DNA of 64,000 nt from Phycisphaerales bacterium (GTDB lineage Bacteria; Planctomycetota; Phycisphaerae; UBA1845), in assembly GCA_013140575.1 (NCBI GenBank), contig JABFSN010000155.1:2531-66530 (forward strand). Direction: 5' to 3'. A program made the position numbers and the translations under genes. Below are positions 27,352 to 36,900 of the stretch, one piece after another. Under the pieces are notes generated by a model, which worked only from the letters and a program-made list of their open reading frames with translations, did no database searches and was not told where the DNA came from. Every line of letters begins with the position of its first letter. The first letter of the stretch is position 1.

Positions 27352-28752
27352 TCAAACCAATTCATGCAGGTCCGCAAACGCGGGGATTTCGATTGGCGTC
27401 GGCGCGCGAGTTCGGAGGTCAACGGCGAGGGCGTTGGCGGCGTTGGGTTCACCGTGGGTCAGGAAGATGCGGCGGGGAGGTTGGTCCAACGCGCCCAGCC
27501 AGTCGATCAGGCCGTCGTGATCGGCGTGGGCGGAGAAACCCAGCAGCGAGACGACGCGTGCGCGGACCTGGTGCGGGGCGCCGTGGATGCGGACGACGGG
27601 GCGGCGTTCGACGAGTTCACGGCCTAGAGTGCCGGCGGCCTGATAGCCGGTCAGGAGGACGGTGCATTCGGGACGCGAGATGTTGCGGGCGAGATGGTGT
27701 TTGATGCGCCCGGCGTTACACATTCCGGAGCCGGCCATGATGATGCAGGAGCCGCGGATGCGATTGATGGCCTTGGATTCGTCGCGGGTTTCGATCAGCG
27801 ACAGTCCGGGGTAGCGCATGAGCGCCTGACCGGAGTTGATAACCCGCTGGGCGTCGTCGTCCATCAACTCGTGATGCTGACGGAAGACGTCGAGCGCGCT
27901 GACAGCCATGGGGCTGTCGAGAAAGGTCAGCAGCTGCGGGATACGCTTGTCGTGAACGAGACGGGTCAGGATGTACAACAGTTCCTGGGCCCGTTCGACG
28001 GCGAAGGTGGGGATGATGACGTTTCCGCCGGCGTCCACGGTGGAGTTGATCACGCCGCACAATTGGGATTCGACGGTTTGGGCGTTGTCGTGCCGCCGTC
28101 CGCCGTACGTGGATTCCATGACCATGTAGTCGGCCGACGCCGGGCGGACGGGATCGCGAACGATGGGTTTGCCGCGCTGGCCGATGTCGCCGGAAAAGAC
28201 AATCGTACGATCGACGCCGTTTTCGCGGATGCGTAGTTCGAGGGTGGCCGAGCCGAGAATGTGGCCTGCGTCGCGATAGGTTACGTTGACGGCGTCGTTC
28301 AGGGCGAGCGGTTGGTCGTAGGCGACGGGTCGAAATCTTCGCATGGTTTGTTCGACGTGGTCGGCGGCGTATAGGGGTTTGACGGGATGGGGAGGTTGGC
28401 GGCCCTCGCGCTGGTGGCGCTTGTTTTTGAATTTGGCATCCTCGGCCTGAATACGGGCGGAGTCGAGCAGGATGATGCGGGCCAGGTCGCGGGTGGGTTC
28501 GGTGGCGAAAATCGGCCCGACGTACCCGTCGGCCACGAATCTGGGGATCAGGCCGGAGTGATCGAGGTGGGCATGGGTCAGGAGGAGGGCGTCGACGGTG
28601 TCAGGCGGGATCGGCGGTGGTTCCCAGTTGCGGGCCAGGAAGGCGCGTTCTTGAAACAAACCGCAGTCGATCAACAGACGTCTACCCCCGCCCTCGACGA
28701 AATATCGGGAGCCGGTGACTTGTCCGGCGGCACCGAGAAACTGGATGTGCAT
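27352..28752 (-). CDS. MBL-fold beta-CASP family ribonuclease/hydrolase
   Basis: MHIQFLGAAGQVTGS...LLLTHAHLDHSG (HxHxDH) plus beta-CASP and C-terminal RNA-specificity-like regions (FSAHADHDGL). Confidence 0.85.
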   Translation of the reverse strand: MHIQFLGAAGQVTGSRYFVEGGGRRLLIDCGLFQERAFLARNWEPPPIPPDTVDALLLTHAHLDHSGLIPRFVADGYVGPIFATEPTRDLARIILLDSARIQAEDAKFKNKRHQREGRQPPHPVKPLYAADHVEQTMRRFRPVAYDQPLALNDAVNVTYRDAGHILGSATLELRIRENGVDRTIVFSGDIGQRGKPIVRDPVRPASADYMVMESTYGGRRHDNAQTVESQLCGVINSTVDAGGNVIIPTFAVERAQELLYILTRLVHDKRIPQLLTFLDSPMAVSALDVFRQHHELMDDDAQRVINSGQALMRYPGLSLIETRDESKAINRIRGSCIIMAGSGMCNAGRIKHHLARNISRPECTVLLTGYQAAGTLGRELVERRPVVRIHGAPHQVRARVVSLLGFSAHADHDGLIDWLGALDQPPRRIFLTHGEPNAANALAVDLRTRAPTPIEIPAFADLHELV

Positions 28753-28963
28753 GGTTCGATCCCGTGTTCGCGTTTTTGTGGTTGACGACCGCGGTGATTA
28801 TAGCAGAAAGGAAGCGATGGGGCGCTGTGCGTCGGAGGCGGCGAGTATCCAATCCGCATCACGGGCGTGGTGTTTCGTCGAGATTTCGTTTTCGGTTGAT
28901 CGGAACGGGGCGTAGCGCCCGGGTCTGCCGCCCCTCCGGGGCTATTTCGTGGGCGTGACGGAT

Positions 28964-29008
28964 CCGGGGGCTGACGCCCCCGGCTATTGACTGTCGCCCC
29001 TACGGGGC
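28964..29008 (+). repeat. Solo 45-bp double-hairpin core repeat
   Basis: The sequence is ccgggggc-tgac-gcccccgg ctattgactgtc gcccc-tac-ggggc, almost identical to 4549-4593. Confidence 0.75.
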
Positions 29009-29142
29009 TACGCGAGAAGCGAAGCGACGGTTTGGTAGTCGTGTTCGATTCATTCCCGACGGCGACATGGAGTAGGTCTGCCATAGCAGCGCCGCGCGTT
29101 TCATTGTGGACGGCGACCGTTGCCGTAGAATTCATCGCGGTG

Positions 29143-30222
29143 ATGCGAATGGAGCCATTTGATCTCGAGCGGACGGAGCGAATCCTGGTCGTGCTGCCGA
29201 CGTGGGTGGGCGATTGCGTGATGGCCACGCCGACGCTGCGTGCCATTCGGCGTCGGTTTTCGACGGCGCGGATTACATTTCTGATGGCGCCGAACGTCGA
29301 TGGGTTGATGGCCGGCGGCGATTGGATGGACGAGGTGGAGCATTGGCCGGCGCGCGGCGATCGGAATGACGTGGGGGCGAACTGGCGGCTGGCGCGGCGG
29401 TTGCGTGGGGCGTCGTTCGATTTGGCCGTGCTGCTGCCGAATTCGTTCCGGGCGGGGATGATGGCGCTGTTGTCCGGGGCGCGGCGGCGGCTGGGGTATG
29501 CGCGCGACGGGCGGAGCGTGTTGCTGACCGATCGCGTGGCAACGGTTGACCGTGGAATCGAACCGCACCCAATCTGCGAACATTACGGGCGAATTGCGGC
29601 GGCGCTGGGATGTCCGTTTCCGGGCGATACGCTCCAATTGTTCACGACACCGGATTGCGACGCATCGGTCGAGCGGCGTTTGCGGTTTGCGGGAATGGAC
29701 GGCGGTGGGCCGTTGGTGGTGATCAGCCCGGGGGCGTCGTTCGGGGCGTCGAAGTTGTGGATGCCGGAACGGTTCGCGGCCGTCGCGGACCGACTGGTTG
29801 AATCGTACGGCGCATCTGTGGTGATCACGTTCGGACCGGGCGAGAAGGAACTGGCATCGAGCATTGCGGATCAGATGGAATCGGGCGGTGAGGTGTTTGA
29901 CGATCCGCCGTTGTCGCTGGGCGAATTGAAATCGCTGATTCGGCGAGCCCAATTGCTGATGGTGACGGATTCGGGGCCGCGGCACATCGCCAAGGCGTTC
30001 GGCGTTCCGGTGGTGACGCTGTTCGGGCCGACGCATCAGGCGTGGACGGACACGGATTATGCGGATGAGCGGAAACTGTCGATACAGGTCGATTGCGGTC
30101 CGTGCCAACAGAAGGTGTGCCCGCTGGGGCATCGCAAGTGCATGGACGGCATCACGACGGACATGGTAACGGAAGCGTGCGGCGAGTTGTTGGGATCGCG
30201 CACTGCGGCCGCGGTGCGATAG
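29143..30222 (+). CDS. Glycosyltransferase family 9 (ADP-heptose:LPS heptosyltransferase, RfaF/WaaF-like)
   Basis: ILVVLPTWVGDCVMATPTLRAI...LLPNSFRAG...ISPGASFGASKLWMPERF...VTDSGPRHIAKAFGVPVVTLFGPT. The start was moved past the repeat to MRMEPF. Confidence 0.85.
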   Translation: MRMEPFDLERTERILVVLPTWVGDCVMATPTLRAIRRRFSTARITFLMAPNVDGLMAGGDWMDEVEHWPARGDRNDVGANWRLARRLRGASFDLAVLLPNSFRAGMMALLSGARRRLGYARDGRSVLLTDRVATVDRGIEPHPICEHYGRIAAALGCPFPGDTLQLFTTPDCDASVERRLRFAGMDGGGPLVVISPGASFGASKLWMPERFAAVADRLVESYGASVVITFGPGEKELASSIADQMESGGEVFDDPPLSLGELKSLIRRAQLLMVTDSGPRHIAKAFGVPVVTLFGPTHQAWTDTDYADERKLSIQVDCGPCQQKVCPLGHRKCMDGITTDMVTEACGELLGSRTAAAVR

Positions 30223-30225
30223 GTC

Positions 30226-31080
30226 GTGGACGTGGAGGCGGGACAAGGTGCGTACGTCGTCGTCGGTGACATGACCATGGCACGCGAATACGCCGGTGCG
30301 TTTCAACGGGCTGGCCTGACGTCGCTGGATGCGTTCCTGAGACATTCGGCGTCGCAATCGCTGGGCAAGCCGGGATTGCCGTCGTGGCGGGAACGGGTGC
30401 GAGTGGAGCTTGACGGTACGGGGGGCGGCGAGCGGGTGGTCTATGTGAAACGATTTCGCCGTCCGCCGATCGGGGCGCAGTGGGGCCGTGTCGTTCAGGG
30501 CGTCGTGCGGCATGGGACGGCGTGGATCGAATGGCATTGGATGCGGCGGTTGGCGGCGGACGGGATCGCGACGGCGACGCCGGTGGCGTTCGGCGAACGG
30601 ATGCGCGGGGCGCGGGAGGAGGCGAGCGTACTGGTGAGCGCGGCCGTTCCGGGCGTATCGCTTGAATCGTGGGTGCGGGATCGGACGAGTCGCTGTCCGC
30701 GCGTCTTGGTGACGCAGTTGGCGGAATTCGTCGGGCGGTTTCATGGTCGTGGCTACGTTCACCGGGACCTGTACCTGTCGCATGTGTTTTTTGACGAGCG
30801 GTCCGGCGAGTTGAGATTGATCGACCTGCAACGGGTGATGCGGCCGAGGTGGCGGCGGGTGCGTTGGCAGATCAAGGACCTGGCGGCATTGGATTATTCG
30901 ACGCCGCGCAGCGCGGCGACTTCGACGGATCGGGTTCGGTTCTTGCGGCGGTATTTGGGTTTGCGTCGGCTGGGTGAATCCGGAAGGCGGCTCGTCCGAC
31001 GAGTGCGGGCCAAGTCGATGAACATCGCGCGGCACGATCAGCGTCGTCGAGCCCGTCTGTTCGTGGAGCGAGTGAATTGA
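30226..31080 (+). CDS. Lipopolysaccharide kinase (Kdo/WaaP/InaA) family protein
   Basis: GYVHRDLYLSHVFF...LRLIDLQRV is a kinase catalytic-loop-like motif. It has a GTG start 4 nt after the GT9 stop. Confidence 0.72.
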   Translation: MDVEAGQGAYVVVGDMTMAREYAGAFQRAGLTSLDAFLRHSASQSLGKPGLPSWRERVRVELDGTGGGERVVYVKRFRRPPIGAQWGRVVQGVVRHGTAWIEWHWMRRLAADGIATATPVAFGERMRGAREEASVLVSAAVPGVSLESWVRDRTSRCPRVLVTQLAEFVGRFHGRGYVHRDLYLSHVFFDERSGELRLIDLQRVMRPRWRRVRWQIKDLAALDYSTPRSAATSTDRVRFLRRYLGLRRLGESGRRLVRRVRAKSMNIARHDQRRRARLFVERVN

Positions 31081-32306
31081 AGGTAGGCGTCGTAGCCGAG
31101 TGGATGGACCGGTCGCGGGGCGGCGCGGAATGGTCGACGTCGCAGTTCATCGACGCGCTGCTGGAGCGGGGTATCACGATCGAACTGCTGACGCGCAGCC
31201 GGGCGCCGTCGGCGCCGGGGCTGTGCGTCCGAACCGTTGAAACACCACGGTGGCCGCGGAGCGCTGGAACGGCCGGGTTTTTGGCGGCCGCCGAGGCGTA
31301 CGCACGGGAAACGGATTGTGACATTGTACATACGATGATCCCGTGCGAGGGCGCGCACGTGTATCAACCGCGGGGCGGGCTGGTCGCGGAGACGATCGCG
31401 CGAACGTTGGCATCGCGGCCGGAAGGGTTGCCGCGAATGATAAAACGGCTCGATTTGGCGATGAACCGGCGGCAGCGATTGCTGTTGAAGAAGGAGCGGT
31501 CGTGGCTGACCGGGTCCCATAAGCCGGCGGTGATCGCGATTTCGAATTACGTCGCCCGGCAGTTGCGCGATCATCACGACTATCCTGACGAATTGATTTA
31601 TCGCATTCCCAACGGCGTTTCGATCGTGCCCGCCGACGAAAAGGCTCGGGTTGCCGAGCGGGCCATGATTCGTCGGCGTCATGGGATTGCCGATGAGGCG
31701 TTCGTGATGCTCGCGGTTTGCCATCATTTTCGATTGAAGGGAGTCGGCCGGCTGATCGAGGCGCTGGGTCGGGTCGTGGGTCGGACAGGTTCTCCCATTC
31801 GCGCGGTGGTCGTCGGCCGGGACCGGGTTGAGCCGTGGAAGTTGGTCGCGAGTCGGCACAGGGTGGGCGATGCAGTTGTTTTTACCGGACCAGTGGAAAG
31901 CGTGAGGCCGTATTATCACGCGGCGGATGTGCTGGTTCATGCATCGTATTACGATCCGTGCAGCCGAGTAGTACTTGAGGCGATGCAGTACGGGTTGATG
32001 GTCGTGACGACAGTGTTTGATGGGGCATCGGAACAGGTTGTAGACGGCACGACGGGTTTCGTGATTGCGTCACCCGATGACACCGACGAGTTGGTCCGGG
32101 TGTTGATGAGTATAATGGAGCGTTGGAGGCAGAAAAGGGCGTCGGCGGGACCGGCGAGCGCGTCGGGGCGATGGACGATGCAGGGTCATGCCGATGAAGT
32201 ATTATCGGTGTATCGGTTGTTGCGCGGGACGGGGGGTCGCGGCCGATCGGCGGGGCATGGGGAAGTCGGCGAGGGAGTCGGAAGCACTTGTCAGATGGGG
32301 GATTGA
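31077..32306 (+). CDS. Glycosyltransferase family 4 (GT-B, GT1 clan)
   Basis: VHASYYDPCSRVVLEAMQYGLMVVTT..GASEQVVDGTTGFV (E-x7-E-type region). A TTG start overlaps the kinase stop. Confidence 0.8.
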   Translation: MKVGVVAEWMDRSRGGAEWSTSQFIDALLERGITIELLTRSRAPSAPGLCVRTVETPRWPRSAGTAGFLAAAEAYARETDCDIVHTMIPCEGAHVYQPRGGLVAETIARTLASRPEGLPRMIKRLDLAMNRRQRLLLKKERSWLTGSHKPAVIAISNYVARQLRDHHDYPDELIYRIPNGVSIVPADEKARVAERAMIRRRHGIADEAFVMLAVCHHFRLKGVGRLIEALGRVVGRTGSPIRAVVVGRDRVEPWKLVASRHRVGDAVVFTGPVESVRPYYHAADVLVHASYYDPCSRVVLEAMQYGLMVVTTVFDGASEQVVDGTTGFVIASPDDTDELVRVLMSIMERWRQKRASAGPASASGRWTMQGHADEVLSVYRLLRGTGGRGRSAGHGEVGEGVGSTCQMGD

Positions 32307-32339
32307 GTCGGTAGTGTATGGGTCGGGGAGTAACGACCG

Positions 32340-34097
32340 GTGCGATCGGCGCCGGTCGGGGGCTATCCCGGTACACCGTGGCGGTTGGTGGGTAGCGTCG
32401 TGGGCCGTGCCAAGACTGTGAATCAAGCGCAGAAAACCATTCGTGTACTGCTGGTCGGTCGCGCCGGTGATTCGGCGGCGTCGCCGGCAGTATTCTTGCG
32501 GGACTGTGTGGACCTGGTGACGGTTCCGTCGGCGCACGACGCGCAGACGGAGCTGCGCAAGAGTCCGTTTGATTACGTGCTGGCGTCGCCGAGATTGCTT
32601 TCGGATTTGGCGACGGACGAGAGACGCAGGGCGACGGAAGTGGGTGAGCGGACCAGCCGCGGAGTGGCGATCGTGGACGACCGGGGGACAGTGGTTTGGG
32701 CCAGCCCGACGTTCATGCGCTTTCCGTTCGACATCCGCGAGTTGGTGACGCGGTCGTGCCGTGCGAACACGGACGGGGAGGCGGCGCAGTCCCGAGACGC
32801 GCAGTCGGGCGGCGACGCGCGACGGTTGGTGCATGGTGGCGATGACGGTCGGCAGTTTGAAATAGCGGTGACGCCAATCGTGGAGGTGGGATCGCAGTCG
32901 ACGCGAACGGTGGCATTGGTGACGGACGTGACGCAGGCGCGGCGGCGGCAGGAGCAGTTGGCGGCGTTGGACCAGGCCGGTCGGGACCTGGTGCGGCTGG
33001 ATACGGAACAGGTGTCGCGTCTGGACGCACGTGAACGACTGGGGCTGCTGGAGCAGAAGATCAGCCGGCACCTGAGCGAGCTGATGCATTTCGACAATTT
33101 TACGATCCGGGTTCTGGACAAGGCGACGAACAAGCTGGAACTGGTGCTGTCCTGGGGATTGCCCGTGGACCACAAGTTCGCGGATTTGTACGCATTGCCG
33201 GATGGGAACGGGATTTGCGGCTACGTGACGTATCATGGCAAGAGCTGGGTTTGTCCGGACGTGACCAAGGAGCCGCGGTATTTTGCGGGGATCGAGGGGG
33301 CGAGGAGTTCGTTGACGGTTCCGTTGCGGTTGAACGACGAGGTAATCGGGGTGTTGAACGTGGAGAGCAAGGAGCCAGCGGCGTTCAACGAAGAGAGCCG
33401 TCAGGACGCGGAGACGATTGGACTGGATATTGCGACGGCGCTGCACATCCTGGATTTGCTGGTCACGGAGCGCTACACGACGACGGGCAAGCTGGGCACG
33501 GACGTGATGGCGGAGATCGCGGGCCCGGTGAACGATATCCTGACCGATGTTGAGAACCTGATCGAGGATTACATCGGGCATGACGAACTGCGGCACCGGT
33601 TGAACAAGCTTTCGGGGACGACGGTCAATCTGCGGGACGCGATCAAGCGGGTGACGTCGCCGAAGCGCGGGGTGATCGGGACGTCGGCGGCGGGCATATC
33701 GCGGACGGATCCGGTGCTGACGGGCAAGCGCATACTGATTGCCGATGACGAGAGCATGATCCGCGACACGGTGCGAGACGTTCTGGTGAGCTACGGCTGC
33801 GAGGTGGGGGTGGCCGACAACGGCGATCAGGCGGTGGAGATGCTGGGGCAGGGGGCATACGACCTGGTGCTGAGCGACATACGCATGCCGGGCAAGAACG
33901 GGTATGAAGTGTTTGCGGCGGCGAAGGACGCGTCGGACAAGATGCCGGTGATCCTGATGACGGGGTTCGGCTACGATCCGAATCATTCGATCGTCCGGGC
34001 GCGGCGAACAGGATTGTCGGCCGTCCTGTTCAAGCCATTCAAGGTCGACCAACTGCTGGGCGAGATCCGGTCGGCGTTGCGGCGGGTCGCGGACTGA
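32340..34097 (+). CDS. Multidomain response regulator: degenerate N-terminal receiver-like region, PAS-like segment, GAF domain and C-terminal canonical receiver
   Basis: The C-terminal REC is KRILIADDESMIRD...DLVLSDIRMPGKNGYEV...PVILMTGFG...LFKPF. The GAF-like segment is GICGYVTYHGKSWVCPDV...SSLTVPLRLNDEVIGVLNVES. The N-terminal IRVLLVGRAG...FDYVLAS lacks the acidic pocket. The start is uncertain. Confidence 0.78.
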   Translation: MRSAPVGGYPGTPWRLVGSVVGRAKTVNQAQKTIRVLLVGRAGDSAASPAVFLRDCVDLVTVPSAHDAQTELRKSPFDYVLASPRLLSDLATDERRRATEVGERTSRGVAIVDDRGTVVWASPTFMRFPFDIRELVTRSCRANTDGEAAQSRDAQSGGDARRLVHGGDDGRQFEIAVTPIVEVGSQSTRTVALVTDVTQARRRQEQLAALDQAGRDLVRLDTEQVSRLDARERLGLLEQKISRHLSELMHFDNFTIRVLDKATNKLELVLSWGLPVDHKFADLYALPDGNGICGYVTYHGKSWVCPDVTKEPRYFAGIEGARSSLTVPLRLNDEVIGVLNVESKEPAAFNEESRQDAETIGLDIATALHILDLLVTERYTTTGKLGTDVMAEIAGPVNDILTDVENLIEDYIGHDELRHRLNKLSGTTVNLRDAIKRVTSPKRGVIGTSAAGISRTDPVLTGKRILIADDESMIRDTVRDVLVSYGCEVGVADNGDQAVEMLGQGAYDLVLSDIRMPGKNGYEVFAAAKDASDKMPVILMTGFGYDPNHSIVRARRTGLSAVLFKPFKVDQLLGEIRSALRRVAD

Positions 34098-34252
34098 ACC
34101 ATTTCGTTCGACTGACGTATTCATACGGATAATGGCGGCGGGAATTGACAGGGGCGCGGCGTGGGTTGCGTCAGTGTGGAGCGGGCGTTAGTCTGCGCCG
34201 CATCGTTACACCTACAATAATGCAGTGGTGATTGAATTTCGGAGGCCATTAG

Positions 34253-35251
34253 ATGGCGACGACTCAACTTGACGTGAAACAGATCGGGCAGGCGGTGGAA
34301 TCGGCGAGCGAGCCGTTTCGGCGGCTGAACGAGCAGATTCACCGGGTGATTATCGGGCAGAACGATTTGGTCAACAAGATGTTGATCGGGCTGTTGGCGA
34401 ACGGGCACCTTCTGATTGAGGGGGTGCCGGGGTTGGCGAAGACGTTGACCATATCGACGATGGCGCGGGGCATTCGTGCGAAGTTTCAGCGGTTGCAGTT
34501 CACGCCGGATTTGCTGCCGGCGGATTTGATCGGGACGCAGATCTACCGGCCGCAGGATGGGGAATTCGCCGTGAAGAAGGGGCCGATCTTCGCGAACGTG
34601 ATTCTGGCAGACGAGATCAACCGGGCGCCGGCGAAGGTGCAGAGTGCGTTGCTGGAGGCGATGCAGGAGCGGCAGGTGACGATCGGGCGGGACACGTTCA
34701 AGATGGACGATCCGTTTTTGGTGCTGGCGACGCAGAATCCGATCGAGCAGGAGGGGACGTATCCGCTGCCGGAGGCACAGGTGGACCGGTTCGTGATGAA
34801 GCTGCTGATCGGGTATCCGACGAAGCAACAGGAGCGGCAGATTCTGGAACGCATGGGGAGCACGAAGCCGACGATGGACGTGGACACGGTGATGGAGCCG
34901 GCGGACATCGCGCGGGCGCGGCAGTTGGTCGACGAAATCTACATGGACAACAAGATCAAGGATTACATCGTCGAGCTGGTATATGCGACGCGGGAGCCGT
35001 TGGCGGCGAAGGTGCCGGTGGCGGGATTGATTCAGTACGGGGCGTCGCCGCGGGCGACGATCGCGTTGACGCTGACGGCGAAGGCGTCGGCGTTTCTGGC
35101 CGGTCGGGGGTATGTGACGCCGCAGGACGTGAAGGACGTGGCGATGGACGTGCTGCGGCACCGGGTGATTATCACCTACGAGGCCGAGGCGGAAGAGAAA
35201 ACGTCGGATGACGTGGTGCGGGCCATATTGGAGCATGTTCCCGTACCCTAA
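34253..35251 (+). CDS. moxR: MoxR-family AAA+ ATPase
   Basis: LLIEGVPGLAKT (Walker A), ILADEINRAPAKVQSALLEAMQE (Walker B region) and ATQNPIEQEGTYPLPEAQVDRF. Confidence 0.93.
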   Translation: MATTQLDVKQIGQAVESASEPFRRLNEQIHRVIIGQNDLVNKMLIGLLANGHLLIEGVPGLAKTLTISTMARGIRAKFQRLQFTPDLLPADLIGTQIYRPQDGEFAVKKGPIFANVILADEINRAPAKVQSALLEAMQERQVTIGRDTFKMDDPFLVLATQNPIEQEGTYPLPEAQVDRFVMKLLIGYPTKQQERQILERMGSTKPTMDVDTVMEPADIARARQLVDEIYMDNKIKDYIVELVYATREPLAAKVPVAGLIQYGASPRATIALTLTAKASAFLAGRGYVTPQDVKDVAMDVLRHRVIITYEAEAEEKTSDDVVRAILEHVPVP

Positions 35252-35276
35252 CGAACAGTCGGCGGGGCGAGCGCAG

Positions 35277-35588
35277 ATGATTGAACTAATCAAGGGGAAT
35301 CTGGATAAGATCGCAGCGTTGTGCCGCCGATTTGGCGTTGGGCGGCTGGAGGTGTTCGGATCGGCGGCGCACGGGAGTTTCGACCCGATTCGCAGCGACG
35401 TGGATTTTCTGGTTGAATTTCTGCCCGGCCAGGCGATGGGGCCGTGGTTGGGGAACTATTTTGATTTCAAGGCGGCGCTGGAAGAACTGTTGAACCGCCG
35501 GGTCGATCTGGTGATGCCCCGCGCGATGAAGAACCCGTATTTTATCGCGGAAGTAAATCGAAGTCGGACGCAGGTGTATGCAGCGTAA
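35277..35588 (+). CDS. mntA: Nucleotidyltransferase-domain antitoxin (MNT of a HepT/MNT type VII TA pair)
   Basis: LEVFGSAAHGSFDPIRSDVDFLVEF carries the GS..x..D.D minimal NTase motif. The gene overlaps the downstream DUF86 gene by 11 nt. The start was set to the ATG at 35277. Confidence 0.85.
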   Translation: MIELIKGNLDKIAALCRRFGVGRLEVFGSAAHGSFDPIRSDVDFLVEFLPGQAMGPWLGNYFDFKAALEELLNRRVDLVMPRAMKNPYFIAEVNRSRTQVYAA

Positions 35589-35919
35589 GACCGCCAAGTA
35601 TTTGGAAGACATTCGCGAAGCGGCGGCGGCGATTCGGGAATTCGTTTCGGGACGGTCCCTCGCCGACTATCGTTGCGATGCGATGATGCGGTCGGCCGTC
35701 GAGCGGAAATTCGAGATTATCGGTGAGGCCGTGCGGCGCATCGCGGCGCACGATCCAGAGACGGCCGCGCGGATTGGCGATCAGGGACGGATCATTTCAT
35801 TTCGAAATGTTCTGATTCACGGGTACGACTTGATCGACGACGACGAGGTCTGGAGGGTGATTCACGACCACCTACCGCAGCTCGAGAGCGACATTGGCGA
35901 ATTGTTGAGCGGGAAATAG
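35578..35919 (+). CDS. hepT: HepT-like (DUF86/HEPN) ribonuclease toxin
   Basis: The 113-aa product carries the Rx4HxY HEPN motif (RNVLIHGY). It is preceded by the NTase partner. Confidence 0.88.
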   Translation: MQRKTAKYLEDIREAAAAIREFVSGRSLADYRCDAMMRSAVERKFEIIGEAVRRIAAHDPETAARIGDQGRIISFRNVLIHGYDLIDDDEVWRVIHDHLPQLESDIGELLSGK

Positions 35920-35943
35920 GGCAGCATTCGATTTGTCATTGCC

Positions 35944-36819
35944 ATGATCCCCAAGGAACTGCTGAAGAAGATAAGGCGGATCGAGATTCGCACGTCGCAG
36001 ATGGTCAACGAGGTGTTGGCCGGACAGTATCATTCCGCGTTCAAGGGGCGGGGGATGGAGTTTGAGGAGGTGCGGCAGTACGAGATCGGGGACGACGTGC
36101 GTACGATCGACTGGAACGTGAGCGCGCGGTACGGGCACCCGTTCGTGAAGGTGTTTCGCGAGGAGCGAGAATTGACGGTGATGCTGCTCGTGGACTTGAG
36201 CCGGTCGCACCTGTTCGGGACGGCGACGCAGTTGAAACGGGAGCTGGCGGCGGAGGTGTCGGCGACGCTGGCGTTTTCGGCGATCCGCAATAACGACAAA
36301 ATCGGGATGATTTCGTTCACGGACCGGGTCGAGCAATACGTGCCGCCGAAGAAGGGGACGCGGCACGTGCTGCGCCTCGTGCGGGATCTGCTGTATCACG
36401 AGCCGAAGGGGTCGGGGACGGACATTTCGCAGGTGTTCGATCATCTGAACCGGGTGACGCGGCGGCGGTGCGTGGTGTTCGTGGTGAGCGATTTTCAGAC
36501 GGAGGGGTACGAGCGGCCGATGTCGATCGCGCGGCGAAGGCATGACGTGATTCCGATTACGATCACGGACCGGCGGGAGATCGAATTGCCAAACGTGGGG
36601 CTGATCGAACTGGTGGATGCGGAGACGGGAGAAACCGTCGTGGTGGATACATCGAGCAAGGGACTGCGGCGTCGGTATTCGGCCGACGCGGTGGTGGTGG
36701 CGACGGAGCGGGACCGGTCGTTCCGGCGGAACAAGATCGACGCGATCGACGTGATGACGGGGGAGTCGTTCGTGGAGCCGTTGACGCGGTTTTTTCGGGC
36801 GAGGAAGGCGCGGGCGTAG
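35944..36819 (+). CDS. DUF58 domain protein (MoxR-associated, BatII-like)
   Basis: EFEEVRQYEIGDDVRTIDWNVSAR is characteristic of DUF58, and a VWA-like fold follows. Confidence 0.9.
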   Translation: MIPKELLKKIRRIEIRTSQMVNEVLAGQYHSAFKGRGMEFEEVRQYEIGDDVRTIDWNVSARYGHPFVKVFREERELTVMLLVDLSRSHLFGTATQLKRELAAEVSATLAFSAIRNNDKIGMISFTDRVEQYVPPKKGTRHVLRLVRDLLYHEPKGSGTDISQVFDHLNRVTRRRCVVFVVSDFQTEGYERPMSIARRRHDVIPITITDRREIELPNVGLIELVDAETGETVVVDTSSKGLRRRYSADAVVVATERDRSFRRNKIDAIDVMTGESFVEPLTRFFRARKARA

Positions 36820-36861
36820 CGAGGAACAACGAGAGGAAATTCGTTAACAAGAGAAGAGATC

Positions 36862-36889
36862 CACAGATTACACAGATTTGCACAGATTA
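36862..36889 (+). repeat. Tandem CACAGATT(A/T)N repeat x3
   Basis: The sequence ccacagatta cacagatttg cacagatta was read directly. A related inverted copy is at 51985-52009. Confidence 0.6.
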
Positions 36890-36900
36890 AGAAAGAGAGA

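Noticed and set aside
29101-35293. Three very long minus-strand ORFs (29101-31035, 32202-34124 and 34121-35293).
   Set aside because: All are extremely Arg/Pro/His/Gln-rich, without domains. They are antisense to confidently assigned GT9, kinase, GT4, response-regulator and MoxR genes, so they are high-GC frame artefacts.
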